The notes under the pieces were generated by a model that ran no database searches, had not been told where the DNA came from, and worked only from the letters and a program-made list of their open reading frames with translations. Source: Candidatus Cloacimonadales bacterium (GTDB taxonomy: Bacteria; Cloacimonadota; Cloacimonadia; Cloacimonadales; JAIOQZ01). Taken from it: 64,000 bases of DNA. How positions within the stretch are numbered: position 1 is the first letter of the stretch; every line of letters begins with the position of its first letter. This document shows, in pieces, positions 19,990 to 29,666 of this stretch. The stretch lies in the NCBI GenBank assembly GCA_963662655.2, contig CAXXTU010000002.1, positions 2,752,001 through 2,816,000 of the forward strand, in the 5' to 3' direction. A program made the translations under genes and the position numbers.

Positions 19990-20123
19990 TAAAAACCAAT
20001 TTAGGCAGAACTCACGAGATAAACACTCAATGAATGTAAAAATTATATTGGTATAAAACAAAACGATAATAAATTAGAAAACAGTAATTATAGAAAAGAC
20101 AACTGTTGCCACCGTCTCAGGAC

Positions 20124-20160
20124 AAAAAATAATCGCGATAGAAGAGCGTTCTATCGCGAT
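20124..20160 (-). terminator. Terminator of the manC-containing operon
   Basis: 12-bp stem ATCGCGATAGAA/TTCTATCGCGAT with an A-tract on its left. Confidence 0.75.
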
Positions 20161-20199
20161 ATGTAAAATGATACTGCTCGCGCCGAGATCGCGCGAAAT

Positions 20200-21249
20200 C
20201 TACAGGTATTTGGACGTACCCCGTTTCTCCAGTAGCTGCTGGATTTCCTTAACCTTCTCCGCGGAATCCTTTTTCGAGATGAGAATCGTGTCGTCGGTTT
20301 CAACAATCACGAGATTCTCCAGGTCGATGGTAGCTATAAGTCTTTTGGATCGAACATAGCAATTTTTCGTATTCAGCGAGATGACTTCCCCGGACTCCAC
20401 ATTTCCATCGTCGTCTTTTTTCAGGAGATCGTAGAGCGCTCTCCAGCTTCCGACATCGCTCCACCCGTAGGAAACGGGAATAACGATTCGTTTGTGGGCT
20501 TGCTCCATGATACCGATATCCACCGGGATCTTCGGCATGGTTTCGTAAATGTCTGAGATACCGCTTTGGCTTTTGGACCAGCGGCTTTGAATCTGAATAA
20601 GAAGCTCCTCGAGGCGGGGGAGGAGTCGCTGGAAATGTTCGCGGATGGTATCGATACGCCAGGCGAACATGCCGCTGTTCCAAAGGTAGTTGCCTGATTC
20701 CAGGAATTCGACGGCGGTGTCGTGATCCGGTTTTTCTTTGAATTGTTTCACGTGAAACATATTCTCACGCCACGTTTCACCCTTCTCGATGTATCCATAT
20801 CCTGTGGCTGGATACTCCGGTTCGATGCCGAACGTCACCAGGTTTTCTTGTTTCGCCGCAACCTCGGCAAGCTTGAGGCTGTTAAGGAAAGCTTCTTCGT
20901 CGCGAATAAAGTGATCCGCCGGAAGCACGGTCATCACTTCGTCTGATGGATATTTACCCGCAAGATACAGCGCGCTCAGGCCGATGCATGGTGCGGTGTT
21001 TCTTCCGAATGGCTCGATGATGATGTTCTCGACGGGCATCTCTGGAAGGTGTGTCGAGACGAGCTCTTTCTGATCGTCGGATGTGACGACGTAGATGTCT
21101 TTCCAGTCGATGAGGGGAAGGAGTCTCTCTGCCGTGAGCCGGATCATCGATTTGTCGCTAAAGATGTTCAAGTACTGTTTGGGATTGCTTTTTCTGCTGA
21201 GCGGCCAGAAGCGGGAACCGATTCCACCGGCCATAATGAGAGCGATCAT
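20200..21249 (-). CDS. manC: Mannose-1-phosphate guanylyltransferase
   Basis: IMAGGIGSRFWPLSR..PKQ, EPFGRNTAP, LPADH, WSDVGSW. Confidence 0.92.
   Translation of the reverse strand: MIALIMAGGIGSRFWPLSRKSNPKQYLNIFSDKSMIRLTAERLLPLIDWKDIYVVTSDDQKELVSTHLPEMPVENIIIEPFGRNTAPCIGLSALYLAGKYPSDEVMTVLPADHFIRDEEAFLNSLKLAEVAAKQENLVTFGIEPEYPATGYGYIEKGETWRENMFHVKQFKEKPDHDTAVEFLESGNYLWNSGMFAWRIDTIREHFQRLLPRLEELLIQIQSRWSKSQSGISDIYETMPKIPVDIGIMEQAHKRIVIPVSYGWSDVGSWRALYDLLKKDDDGNVESGEVISLNTKNCYVRSKRLIATIDLENLVIVETDDTILISKKDSAEKVKEIQQLLEKRGTSKYL
20744..20759. promoter_or_regulatory. parS site
   Basis: Perfect palindrome TGTTTCACGTGAAACA. Confidence 0.9.
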
Positions 21250-21261
21250 GAAATGTACCTC

Positions 21262-21891
21262 CTACAGTCTCTGATCGATAAGGGATGCTCCGATTGGTAT
21301 TTTCCATTCGAAAACGGAGGGATCGATCGGCTGATCGAATAATGTGGTCTCGAATGTGTAGCGAACCGTGTTACCTTCAAGATCAGTATAATATATAAAA
21401 GTGATTAGCGTATTGCGCAAGTCGATCTCGACGCGGATCGATTTGTATTCCATTCCGTCAGAAGGCTCGATGCTGATCATGGCGTAATTTTCGGTATTGG
21501 AAAGGATCGTTGTCGTGGCGTTGTCACCAGCGTAGTAGGACAAGATTTGATCAGGTCTTATACCGGCGTCGCTCGTTTGCGGATAGGAAACGATCGCTTG
21601 AAGGGATGTTGAATCGTAAACGAGCATGGAGTCCGCTGTTACAAGAAGGAATTGCCCCTGCGGTTCATCGTATTGTATCGCGAAATTGGATTGATCGAAA
21701 TACATTGTTCCACGTGAAACCTTTTCGACATCCAGCTCGGGCCAAGCATTCTCCTGGGTGAATTCCGCTTTGAATGTATGAACGCCATCGTATCTTGCGG
21801 TGACGCGATCAATGAGCTGTTGCGCGGTTTGGGCATGAAGCGCGGAAAACGCGATGAATATTATCAGAAGATAGCTACATAATGTTTTCAA
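21262..21891 (-). CDS. lolA: Outer-membrane lipoprotein carrier LolA
   Basis: TTG start with GGAGG; signal peptide; FKAEFTQ, EGNTVRYTF, IDPSVF..IP.G; follows ftsK as usual. Confidence 0.8.
   Translation of the reverse strand: MKTLCSYLLIIFIAFSALHAQTAQQLIDRVTARYDGVHTFKAEFTQENAWPELDVEKVSRGTMYFDQSNFAIQYDEPQGQFLLVTADSMLVYDSTSLQAIVSYPQTSDAGIRPDQILSYYAGDNATTTILSNTENYAMISIEPSDGMEYKSIRVEIDLRNTLITFIYYTDLEGNTVRYTFETTLFDQPIDPSVFEWKIPIGASLIDQRL
21706..21721. promoter_or_regulatory. parS site
   Basis: TGTTCCACGTGAAACC. Confidence 0.8.
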
Positions 21892-24196
21892 TTTCGTCCT
21901 CCGTCGCAAGAACCTCACGAGATTTGCTTCCCACATGCGGACCAATAACACCTGCCTGCTCCAAGAGGTCTATAAGACGTCCAGCGCGCGCATAGCCTAT
22001 CTTGAAGTGACGTTGAAGCATGGAAACAGAAGCGGTTCCCGCTGAGATAACCGCACGCGCGGCATCGGGGAAAAGCTCGTCATCGTAGTCGAACGACCCG
22101 ATATCCGCTGAGTGCTCTTCGATCATCTCGATCTGGTAATCGGGCTTAGGCATGCGCTTGAGGTAATCCACCAGGTTCTCGATCTCTCCGTCGGACATGA
22201 ATGCTCCGTGGATACGCTCGCAGATCGCTTTTCCCGGTGGCAGGAAGAGCATGTCGCCGCGCCCGAGAAGGCGTTCCGCGCCGTTCATATCGATGATAAC
22301 GCGTGAATCGACCTTGGACGATACCTTGAAAGCGATACGGGCCGGGAAGTTCGCCTTGATGATACCGGTAATGACCTTTGTGGAAGGTCTCTGCGTCGCG
22401 AGGATGAGATGGATTCCTATTGCTCGAGCCATCTGCGCGAGGCGCGCGATCGGTTGCTCGATGTCGCGTCCGGCGGTCATGATGAGGTCGGCGAACTCGT
22501 CCACGATGATGAGGATGTAGGGAAGTTCCCGGTCCTCCAGCTCATCGCCTGAGGCTTGCATGTTCTTGATTTTATCGTTATATCCGCCAATGTCACGCAC
22601 TTTGTATTTCTGCAAGAGTTCATAACGTCTTTCCATCTCGGAGACGCCCCAGTTGAGCGCGATCAGCGCATCGTCGGGATCGGTAACGACGTTCTGGATG
22701 AGATGTGGGATACCTTCGTATCCGGAAAGCTCGATGCGCTTTGGATCGATCATGACCATGCGCACCTGATCAGGGGTGAGATGCAGAAGTATGCTGTTGA
22801 TCATGGTGTTAACGCAAACGCTCTTACCGGCGCCGGTCGCACCGGCGATGAGAAGATGCGGCATTTTCGTCATATCGGTTATAACCGGATTTCCAGAGAT
22901 GTCCTTACCAAGTCCGAGCGGAAGGATGTAATTACCTTTCTTCATCTCGTCAGAGAGAAGAACGTCTTTGAGGTATATCGTGTCACGTTTAACATTGGGA
23001 ATCTCGATTCCGATCAGGCCCCTTCCCGGGATCGGCGCTTGAATGCGGATACTCTTCGCCTTGATGGCAAGCGCGAGGTCGTCGGTAAGGGATAGGAATC
23101 GGCTTACCTTGACGCCCGGAGCCGGCTTGAGCTCGTACTGGGTGATGATCGGTCCGATATTTACGTTGATCACCTGCGCTTCAATGCCGAACTCTGCGAG
23201 CTTGTCCTTGAGTATCTGGCTGGTATTGCGAATCTCTTCTTCGGTCTCCTCGCGATCCCGGCGGGTGGTTCGTTCGGGGTTTTCGAGGAATTTATCGATG
23301 TCCGGAACGATGTAATGATCGAATTCCGGCTCAATTTCTTCTGTAACTTTTTTCACTTTGCGTTTCACAGGCTTCACATCACCACTGGGAAGCTCTTCAG
23401 GTTCTTCTTCGGGGATGTAGGCGTGATCGAATATCTGAAGCTCTTCTTCATCCCGGAAAGCCGGTGCGGGAAGCCTTGGTTCATCATCAACCTTCTGCTT
23501 CTTCTCTTCCTTGATCTTCACCGGTTTCTCGGGTTTCATCCTGGGTTTCTTTTCACGTGAAACATTGCGTTTAAACAAACTGAAGAATCCCTTCACAACG
23601 ACGATGAATCCGCGTCCAATCGTGATAACAACCAGCTTGAAGAAGTCGATGCCCGTTACGATAAGCAGCGAAAAGAACGCGCCAAAAAGTGATATAACCA
23701 GCACGCCGGTATCCTTGAATACGCGTCGCAGAATCCGGAAGATGAATGCGGGTAGCGAAGAGGCGTTACTGGAATAGTATTCAGGGTAGCGAAGGATAAT
23801 CAGGTTGATGAACGAGAAGAGAATGAAGAGTCCGATAATACGAAGATTTACAAAATTGCGGTTCTCACGCAGGAAAATGTAGTTGATACAAACGATGAAA
23901 ACGCATGAAAAAAGAGCGATGGTTACCCACTTTCCAAGCGAGAACACGAACACGTATCCGACAAGCACGCCGAAAACTCCGATGCGATTGCTTACCTGCG
24001 GCAAACGCAGATGAACGATGTTCGAAAAGGTGACGCCGCTATCCTTGATGATACTCACGTCGTTCATCAAAACCTGCTGATCGCAGGCTGAAGCAAGAAG
24101 GATAAGCGCGCTGAGGATCATCAGAACGGCCGCGATTACAATGCCCCATACCTTGGGTGTGAAGCTCATGTCTTGCTGTCGGCTCGCTTTGGGCAT
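21875..24196 (-). CDS. ftsK: DNA translocase FtsK/SpoIIIE
   Basis: N-terminal TMs; HLLIAGATGAGKS, IIVDEFADL, LATQRPS, gamma domain LQRHFKIGYARAGR. Confidence 0.95.
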   Translation of the reverse strand: MPKASRQQDMSFTPKVWGIVIAAVLMILSALILLASACDQQVLMNDVSIIKDSGVTFSNIVHLRLPQVSNRIGVFGVLVGYVFVFSLGKWVTIALFSCVFIVCINYIFLRENRNFVNLRIIGLFILFSFINLIILRYPEYYSSNASSLPAFIFRILRRVFKDTGVLVISLFGAFFSLLIVTGIDFFKLVVITIGRGFIVVVKGFFSLFKRNVSREKKPRMKPEKPVKIKEEKKQKVDDEPRLPAPAFRDEEELQIFDHAYIPEEEPEELPSGDVKPVKRKVKKVTEEIEPEFDHYIVPDIDKFLENPERTTRRDREETEEEIRNTSQILKDKLAEFGIEAQVINVNIGPIITQYELKPAPGVKVSRFLSLTDDLALAIKAKSIRIQAPIPGRGLIGIEIPNVKRDTIYLKDVLLSDEMKKGNYILPLGLGKDISGNPVITDMTKMPHLLIAGATGAGKSVCVNTMINSILLHLTPDQVRMVMIDPKRIELSGYEGIPHLIQNVVTDPDDALIALNWGVSEMERRYELLQKYKVRDIGGYNDKIKNMQASGDELEDRELPYILIIVDEFADLIMTAGRDIEQPIARLAQMARAIGIHLILATQRPSTKVITGIIKANFPARIAFKVSSKVDSRVIIDMNGAERLLGRGDMLFLPPGKAICERIHGAFMSDGEIENLVDYLKRMPKPDYQIEMIEEHSADIGSFDYDDELFPDAARAVISAGTASVSMLQRHFKIGYARAGRLIDLLEQAGVIGPHVGSKSREVLATEDEIENIM
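23549..23564. promoter_or_regulatory. parS-like site
   Basis: CTTTTCACGTGAAACA (14/16 to consensus). Confidence 0.65.
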
Positions 24197-24210
24197 TTCT
24201 GCTCCTTGTG

Positions 24211-25290
24211 CTATACGTTGAATCGAATCATGAGGATATCGCCGTCCTTGACGATGTAATCTTTACCTTCGAGGCGGAAACGTCCGTTCTCCTTGATCGC
24301 CTTCTCGGAACCGAGCTCGATCAGGTCGTCGTACGTGAAACACTCCGCGCGAATGAATCCGCGTTCCAGGTCGGAATGGATTTTGCCGGCGGCTTCTTGC
24401 GCGCGAGTCCCGTGTGTGATTGTCCAGGCGTGGACTTCTGGCGATCCCGCAGTGAAAAAGCTGATGTAGCCAAGAAGATCGTACGAGTATTTCGTCAGGC
24501 GGTTACAGGCGGATTCGTCGATTCCAAGGTCCTGCATGAATATTTCTGCGTCTTCCTCGGGAAGGTTGGCAAGCTCCATCTCGAACTTGGCGCAAACTTC
24601 CACCGTCATTGCGGATGGAGAAAGCTTGTCGATCACTGCCTGGGATTTACCAAAGCGCTCCTCGTCGGAATTGAGGATGATCAGGAGCGGTTTGCGACTC
24701 AGGAACTGGAAGCCGCGAATCAATTTAGCTTCATCGGGCTCGAGCTCGACGTTGCGCAGGGGTATGTCTTCCTCGAGCTTCTCTTTCAAGGTCAGAAGCA
24801 GCTTGTGTTCGAGAATCTGCGTTGCCGATTTGATTCCACGCTTGAAGCCGAGTTCGAGCTTCTCGATACGGTTCTCGATCGTGATGAGATCGGAGATGAC
24901 CAGTTCCGCCTGAATGGCTTCGAAATCGCTAACCGGCTTGGGTTCGTCCTGCGCCTCGTCCACGCCCGGATCCTGGAAATTGCGTAGGACCAGCGCCAGA
25001 GCGTCCGCCGTCTTGATTTCGGCCATGGTGTTGGCGGAGAAGGTTCCCTGTTGGGCGGCGCCTTCGCTCATGCCGGCGAAGTCCATGTATTCGATCTGCG
25101 CGTAAACAGTCTTCTTCGGTTTGTACATCTCGGTAAGCTTGTCGATGCGTGGATCGATGACATTCACGATGCCAAGATGCGGTTCCGATTTCATGGAAGC
25201 GTAAGGGGTTACCTCGATTTGTGCACCGGTAAGCGCGTTGAAGAGGGATGTCTTTCCGGAGTTCGTCAGTCCGATGAGTCCTATTTTCAT
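24211..25290 (-). CDS. ychF: Redox-regulated ATPase YchF
   Basis: GKTSLFNALT, FFTAG..EVHAWT, AAGKIHSD.ERGFIRAE, EGKDYIVKDGD. Confidence 0.93.
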   Translation of the reverse strand: MKIGLIGLTNSGKTSLFNALTGAQIEVTPYASMKSEPHLGIVNVIDPRIDKLTEMYKPKKTVYAQIEYMDFAGMSEGAAQQGTFSANTMAEIKTADALALVLRNFQDPGVDEAQDEPKPVSDFEAIQAELVISDLITIENRIEKLELGFKRGIKSATQILEHKLLLTLKEKLEEDIPLRNVELEPDEAKLIRGFQFLSRKPLLIILNSDEERFGKSQAVIDKLSPSAMTVEVCAKFEMELANLPEEDAEIFMQDLGIDESACNRLTKYSYDLLGYISFFTAGSPEVHAWTITHGTRAQEAAGKIHSDLERGFIRAECFTYDDLIELGSEKAIKENGRFRLEGKDYIVKDGDILMIRFNV

Positions 25291-26021
25291 TTCTTCTTCC
25301 TTTCTGTTGATCGTGCAGTGAAACGAAGGGAACGGAGTTCGTTCGTTTCGAGGAATCTCCACATGCCTGTCGGGAGCTTGCCCAGTTTCACGCTTCCCAC
25401 CTGAAGCCGTTTGAGGGATACCACTTCTGAGCCGACCAGCTCGACCATCCGTCGAATCTGGCGGTTTCGTCCCTCGAAAATCGTCATTTTAAGCACGGTG
25501 TTGTCCGTTTTACCAGCTCGCACGAATACCTTGGCCGGCATCGTCATGGTTCCGTCGAGTTCAACGCCCTTGCGCAATCTCATGATCTGCTTGTCGTCCA
25601 GCGTCCCTTTGACGATCACCTTGTACGTCTTGGGTATCTTGTGAGTGGGGTGCTGGATCATCTGCGAGAACTCGCCGTCGTTGGACAGCAGTAGCAAACC
25701 TTCGGAATCGTAATCGAGCCTTCCGATGGGGAAGATGCGTCCCTTGAAATCGGGAAGCAGATCGAATACGGTACGGCGATTGAAGGGGTCGTCCGCAGTG
25801 ACCAGATAATGCTTCGGCTTGTTCAGGACAATGTAGAGTCGTTCGTCGTCTATAACGGCTTTCTTGCCACTCACGGTTACGGTGTCGTTGGCCGGATCGA
25901 TATCCGTTGAAAGCTCCATGCAGAGCTGTCCATTGACCTTTACGAGGCCCTCGGTTATCAGCTCTTCCGTCTTTCTGCGCGATCCGAATCCGCATTGCGA
26001 GAGGAATTTATTAATTCTCAT
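25287..26021 (-). CDS. rRNA pseudouridine synthase (RsuA/RluB family)
   Basis: S4 domain; GRLDYDSEGLLLLSNDG; EGRNRQIRRM. Confidence 0.92.
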   Translation of the reverse strand: MRINKFLSQCGFGSRRKTEELITEGLVKVNGQLCMELSTDIDPANDTVTVSGKKAVIDDERLYIVLNKPKHYLVTADDPFNRRTVFDLLPDFKGRIFPIGRLDYDSEGLLLLSNDGEFSQMIQHPTHKIPKTYKVIVKGTLDDKQIMRLRKGVELDGTMTMPAKVFVRAGKTDNTVLKMTIFEGRNRQIRRMVELVGSEVVSLKRLQVGSVKLGKLPTGMWRFLETNELRSLRFTARSTERKKK

Positions 26022-26024
26022 ATT

Positions 26025-26531
26025 CTACCACGATTGAAATGTGTTCTCCAGGATTGTGTCGTAGAGGTCCTTGAAGACTTCCTTCTGAGCCTCTTCCTCG
26101 CTCTCCGGCTCGGTGGAAGCAGTGTCGTTGCTGGGCTGCGCGAGGTACGTCTCGCTCAGGAGCAGGGACTCTTTCTCCCAGAGGACTTCGTTCTTCACAA
26201 AGTCGGTAAGTTTCACGTTGAAAAGGATTTTTACGACGTATTCCTTAATGTTGTTATTGGTATCGTAAGTATAGATTACGTTTTCGTAATCAAGAATGGT
26301 TCCTTCGAGCTGGCAGTTGGGGGAAATTTCCACAACTTGCAATTCCCCGTCGCCCTGGAAGGAATCCGTGAGCTCCTCGAGCAAATCCTGCTCAAGGGAA
26401 TACTCGACGGTTTTATTTTCAAACGATTCGATCCTTATCGTCTTGAGATAGGGGTAAGCCGTTTGATAAACCGAATAGGTACACGCAGTTAATACGACTG
26501 CTACGATTAGGGTTATCCATGTATTTCTCAT
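26025..26531 (-). CDS. LPS-assembly lipoprotein LptE-like
   Basis: Lipobox LTAC-TYS; FENKT...LEGTI..Y; C-terminal W. Confidence 0.7.
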   Translation of the reverse strand: MRNTWITLIVAVVLTACTYSVYQTAYPYLKTIRIESFENKTVEYSLEQDLLEELTDSFQGDGELQVVEISPNCQLEGTILDYENVIYTYDTNNNIKEYVVKILFNVKLTDFVKNEVLWEKESLLLSETYLAQPSNDTASTEPESEEEAQKEVFKDLYDTILENTFQSW

Positions 26532-26654
26532 GCAGTCCGTATAATTGTTAAGGTGCCGGTGTCAAGAAATTACTGTTCTGCTTGACAGATTTTGCTTGCT
26601 TGCTTCATATTTGATACATGATAATGCACGTGGTGCGATATACAGGAGGATTGC

Positions 26655-27320
26655 ATGTCGAAAAAGCTGATCACGATAAGTGACGCGGCAAAGTTTTTGA
26701 AAATTGGTGAAGATGTTGTGCTTGAAATGGCTAAGGCGGGAACGTTTAGCCTGACGAAATCGGGTAAGACAAGCAAGGTCGATAAGCACGAAATTGAAGA
26801 GTGGCTTGCCAACCTTACCGAAAGTGAAGAAGAACATCTTGCTCTGACACGTACGGTATGCCGTTTCATCGATTACTTCAATTCGGAGTACGTTTTTCTG
26901 GATTTCGAGGCGGAAAACAAGTACGAGGCGATTGCCGAGATGTCGAAATTCGCTCGCGAGCTCAAGATTGTCCGCGATCACCGCTGGCTCTACGAGGTCG
27001 TCGTTGCCAGGGAAGAACTGGTCTCGACCGCTATGGGAAAAGGCGTTGCCTTCCTTCATCCTCGCCATATGCATCCAACCAAGATCAAGAAACCTTGTAT
27101 TCTCGTTGGACGCCCGAAAGAGGGTGTTGAATTCGACGCTCCCGACAACAAACCGGTAGAAATTTGTTTTATGCTGCTCCTTCACAACGATAAGCAGCAC
27201 CTTTTCAGCTTGTCATACCTTTCACGGTTCATGATGCAGGATGAAAGCATCCAGAAACTCATCGAAGCCAAGACACAAGAGGAGATCGCCGAAGTACTTA
27301 CGATGAACGCTATCAAGTAG
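26655..27320 (+). CDS. PTS EIIA (Fru/Ntr-type) with N-terminal HTH
   Basis: ITISDAAKFLKI HTH; REELVSTAMGKGVAFLHPR; FDAPDNKPV; HL. Confidence 0.85.
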   Translation: MSKKLITISDAAKFLKIGEDVVLEMAKAGTFSLTKSGKTSKVDKHEIEEWLANLTESEEEHLALTRTVCRFIDYFNSEYVFLDFEAENKYEAIAEMSKFARELKIVRDHRWLYEVVVAREELVSTAMGKGVAFLHPRHMHPTKIKKPCILVGRPKEGVEFDAPDNKPVEICFMLLLHNDKQHLFSLSYLSRFMMQDESIQKLIEAKTQEEIAEVLTMNAIK

Positions 27321-27444
27321 TCGATGCACCGCGATCGATTAACCATCACAATCGTTACAGACAATGATTTGACAACACCGCTATATCAAAAATCCAAATA
27401 ATGAAAGCGCTTCACAAAAACAACAGTTCGATGATGGAGGAGAA

Positions 27445-27897
27445 ATGCCGCAGGTAAGGGTGATCTTGGGAAGTAAATCCGATAAGGAACAGGGTGATAA
27501 AATCAAGGAATATCTGGAAAAATTCGGGATCGAATACGATTTCCACTATTCGTCCGCGCACCGTAAGCCGGACGAAACCGCGATGCTTGCCAAAAGCGCG
27601 GAGAAGGACGGCGTAAAGGTCATTATCGCCGCCGCGGGGATGGCCGCGCACCTTCCGGGCGTGGTTGCGTCGCATACGATTTTGCCGGTTATAGGCGTTC
27701 CGCTGAAAGGCGCGACGCTCGGCGGTGAAGACGCGCTCCTTTCCGTGGTGCAGATGCCCACCGGCGTTCCGGTGGCGACCGTAGCGATCAACGGCGGGAA
27801 GAACGCGGCGATTCTCGCCCTGCAGATTCTCGCCCTCGGCGACAGCGCCATGCGCGAGAAGCTGGTCGCGCTCAAGAAGGAGCTTGCGAAGGGGTAA
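27445..27897 (+). CDS. purE: N5-carboxyaminoimidazole ribonucleotide mutase
   Basis: GSKSD, SAHRKP, AGMAAHLPG, VQMPTGVPVATV. Confidence 0.96.
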   Translation: MPQVRVILGSKSDKEQGDKIKEYLEKFGIEYDFHYSSAHRKPDETAMLAKSAEKDGVKVIIAAAGMAAHLPGVVASHTILPVIGVPLKGATLGGEDALLSVVQMPTGVPVATVAINGGKNAAILALQILALGDSAMREKLVALKKELAKG

Positions 27898-27919
27898 GCG
27901 CCGTCGCTAAAAAGTTTTG

Positions 27920-27947
27920 GGGCAGTCGAAAGCGGTTGCCCTTTTTT
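27920..27947 (+). terminator. purE terminator
   Basis: GGGCAGTCG-AAAG-CGGTTGCCC-TTTTTT. Confidence 0.8.
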
Positions 27948-28012
27948 AATTTCTTTGACACAATCCGATTCCTTGTTAAAAGTTTGTATATGAAGAAATA
28001 ACGAGGGCCTCC

Positions 28013-29605
28013 ATGAAATACTTATACATAGCCATTTTACTAACAGCCTGCGCACTGCTATTTACTGAAAACCACCTCGACATCGTTTGGGAGCAACAGG
28101 GCGAGCAAGCCAGTGACGATTACGGCTACTATGTTATTGCGCTCGACTTCAATGGTGACGGCATCGATGATCTGGCAGTGAGTGCCAGACGCTATTATCT
28201 CAACGAAAATCACACGAATCAGAAAGGGAAATTATATATATATTTCGGTTCAGACGAAGGCCTTTCCGATGTACCAGACATGACTATCAGTACTCCTTAT
28301 GACTCGACATATTCATCTCAATCTTCATGGGTATTAATATCAAACCTTGGTGATATGAATGGTGATGGTTGTGATGAAATTGGTTACCGTTATCGGCGAA
28401 CTATTTACGATGGAGACTATCATTATTATGGCTATATCAATATCCTTTTAGGAAGTACAGAACAAGACTCGATTCCTGATTACATTTATGATGTATACTA
28501 CTTTGATACCGAAATCAATCCCTTGGGCGATATAAACGGCGACGGTTACGACGATGCAGGGATTACCGAGGATCGTGTCGATACCCTTTCCTATTCCATC
28601 GTCTATGGTGGTAGCTTTGAGAGGGTACCGTTCGTGGATTCTCTCTACACTCGGAACGGAAAGGGATTTCGCGGTCTGGGAGACGTGAATGGCGACGGCT
28701 ATGATGATTTCAGCTACTACTATGAACTCGACTGGGACCAGTACTACAGGCACTATAATCAGTTCTTCTTCGGTGGCCCCACACTCAGCACAACCCCGGA
28801 CCACATATTGGAATTCCTCGCCATTCCCAATTTATGGTATGAGCTTTGGCCTGCCGGCGACTGGAACGGCGACGGCTACGACGATTTCGTGCTCTCAGGC
28901 TACGATGTGGACGAAGAATCCATGACCGCACTCGGCTGTCCCTTATGGCGCGGCGGCGAAACCATTCACTGGGACTGGTATGGGTATATCGAATATTATT
29001 CATTTCTGGAGCCTTCGTACGGTGATTTAAATAACGATGGGAAGGGGGATATTGTAAATCCTTACCACGTTCCAAGCTCAGGGGGGATTATCTATTTTTA
29101 TCTCGGGTGTCAGAACGGTACCTGGGACTATAATAGCGGAAACGGTGAAGATGGATTTGGGGAAGCTTGCTCATATGCTGTGGGAGACTTTGACAACGAC
29201 GGATTCGACGATATCGCTGTGGGTGCACATGGCGATGGTTCGTTGGAGCCATTTCCTTATAACATAGGCGATATTTTCGTGTATGGTGGCCACGCCGGGC
29301 TTGTGGAACAGGATAACGCGACGGAAGATGAGGAAACGGTGCCGGAAACAAGTATAACTTTCAATGCCTACCCAAATCCGTTCAATCCGGAAGTGTCGTT
29401 TGAGATCAAGACGGATAACGAATATCATGATTTGACGATAGAAATCTATAATATACGAGGGCAAAAGGTGGAGACGATTGCGGTCGATCATGCCGGTGAA
29501 ACCGTGACTTGGACACCAAAAGACAAAGCGAGCGGGGTTTACACCTGTAAGCTGTGCGTGGAAAATACAATGCGATCGATAAAAAAAGTAACTTTGTTAA
29601 AATAA
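28013..29605 (+). CDS. Secreted FG-GAP/integrin-like repeat protein with T9SS-type C-terminal sorting domain (copy 1)
   Basis: Signal peptide; GDxNGDGYDD repeats; YPNPFNP...IYNIRGQ...SGVY...KVTLLK. Confidence 0.85.
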   Translation: MKYLYIAILLTACALLFTENHLDIVWEQQGEQASDDYGYYVIALDFNGDGIDDLAVSARRYYLNENHTNQKGKLYIYFGSDEGLSDVPDMTISTPYDSTYSSQSSWVLISNLGDMNGDGCDEIGYRYRRTIYDGDYHYYGYINILLGSTEQDSIPDYIYDVYYFDTEINPLGDINGDGYDDAGITEDRVDTLSYSIVYGGSFERVPFVDSLYTRNGKGFRGLGDVNGDGYDDFSYYYELDWDQYYRHYNQFFFGGPTLSTTPDHILEFLAIPNLWYELWPAGDWNGDGYDDFVLSGYDVDEESMTALGCPLWRGGETIHWDWYGYIEYYSFLEPSYGDLNNDGKGDIVNPYHVPSSGGIIYFYLGCQNGTWDYNSGNGEDGFGEACSYAVGDFDNDGFDDIAVGAHGDGSLEPFPYNIGDIFVYGGHAGLVEQDNATEDEETVPETSITFNAYPNPFNPEVSFEIKTDNEYHDLTIEIYNIRGQKVETIAVDHAGETVTWTPKDKASGVYTCKLCVENTMRSIKKVTLLK

Positions 29606-29666
29606 TAGAATGTTTTATACTTTAACCCTTTTTCAAGCAAACTCATGTATTATTTGGAGGGCCTCC

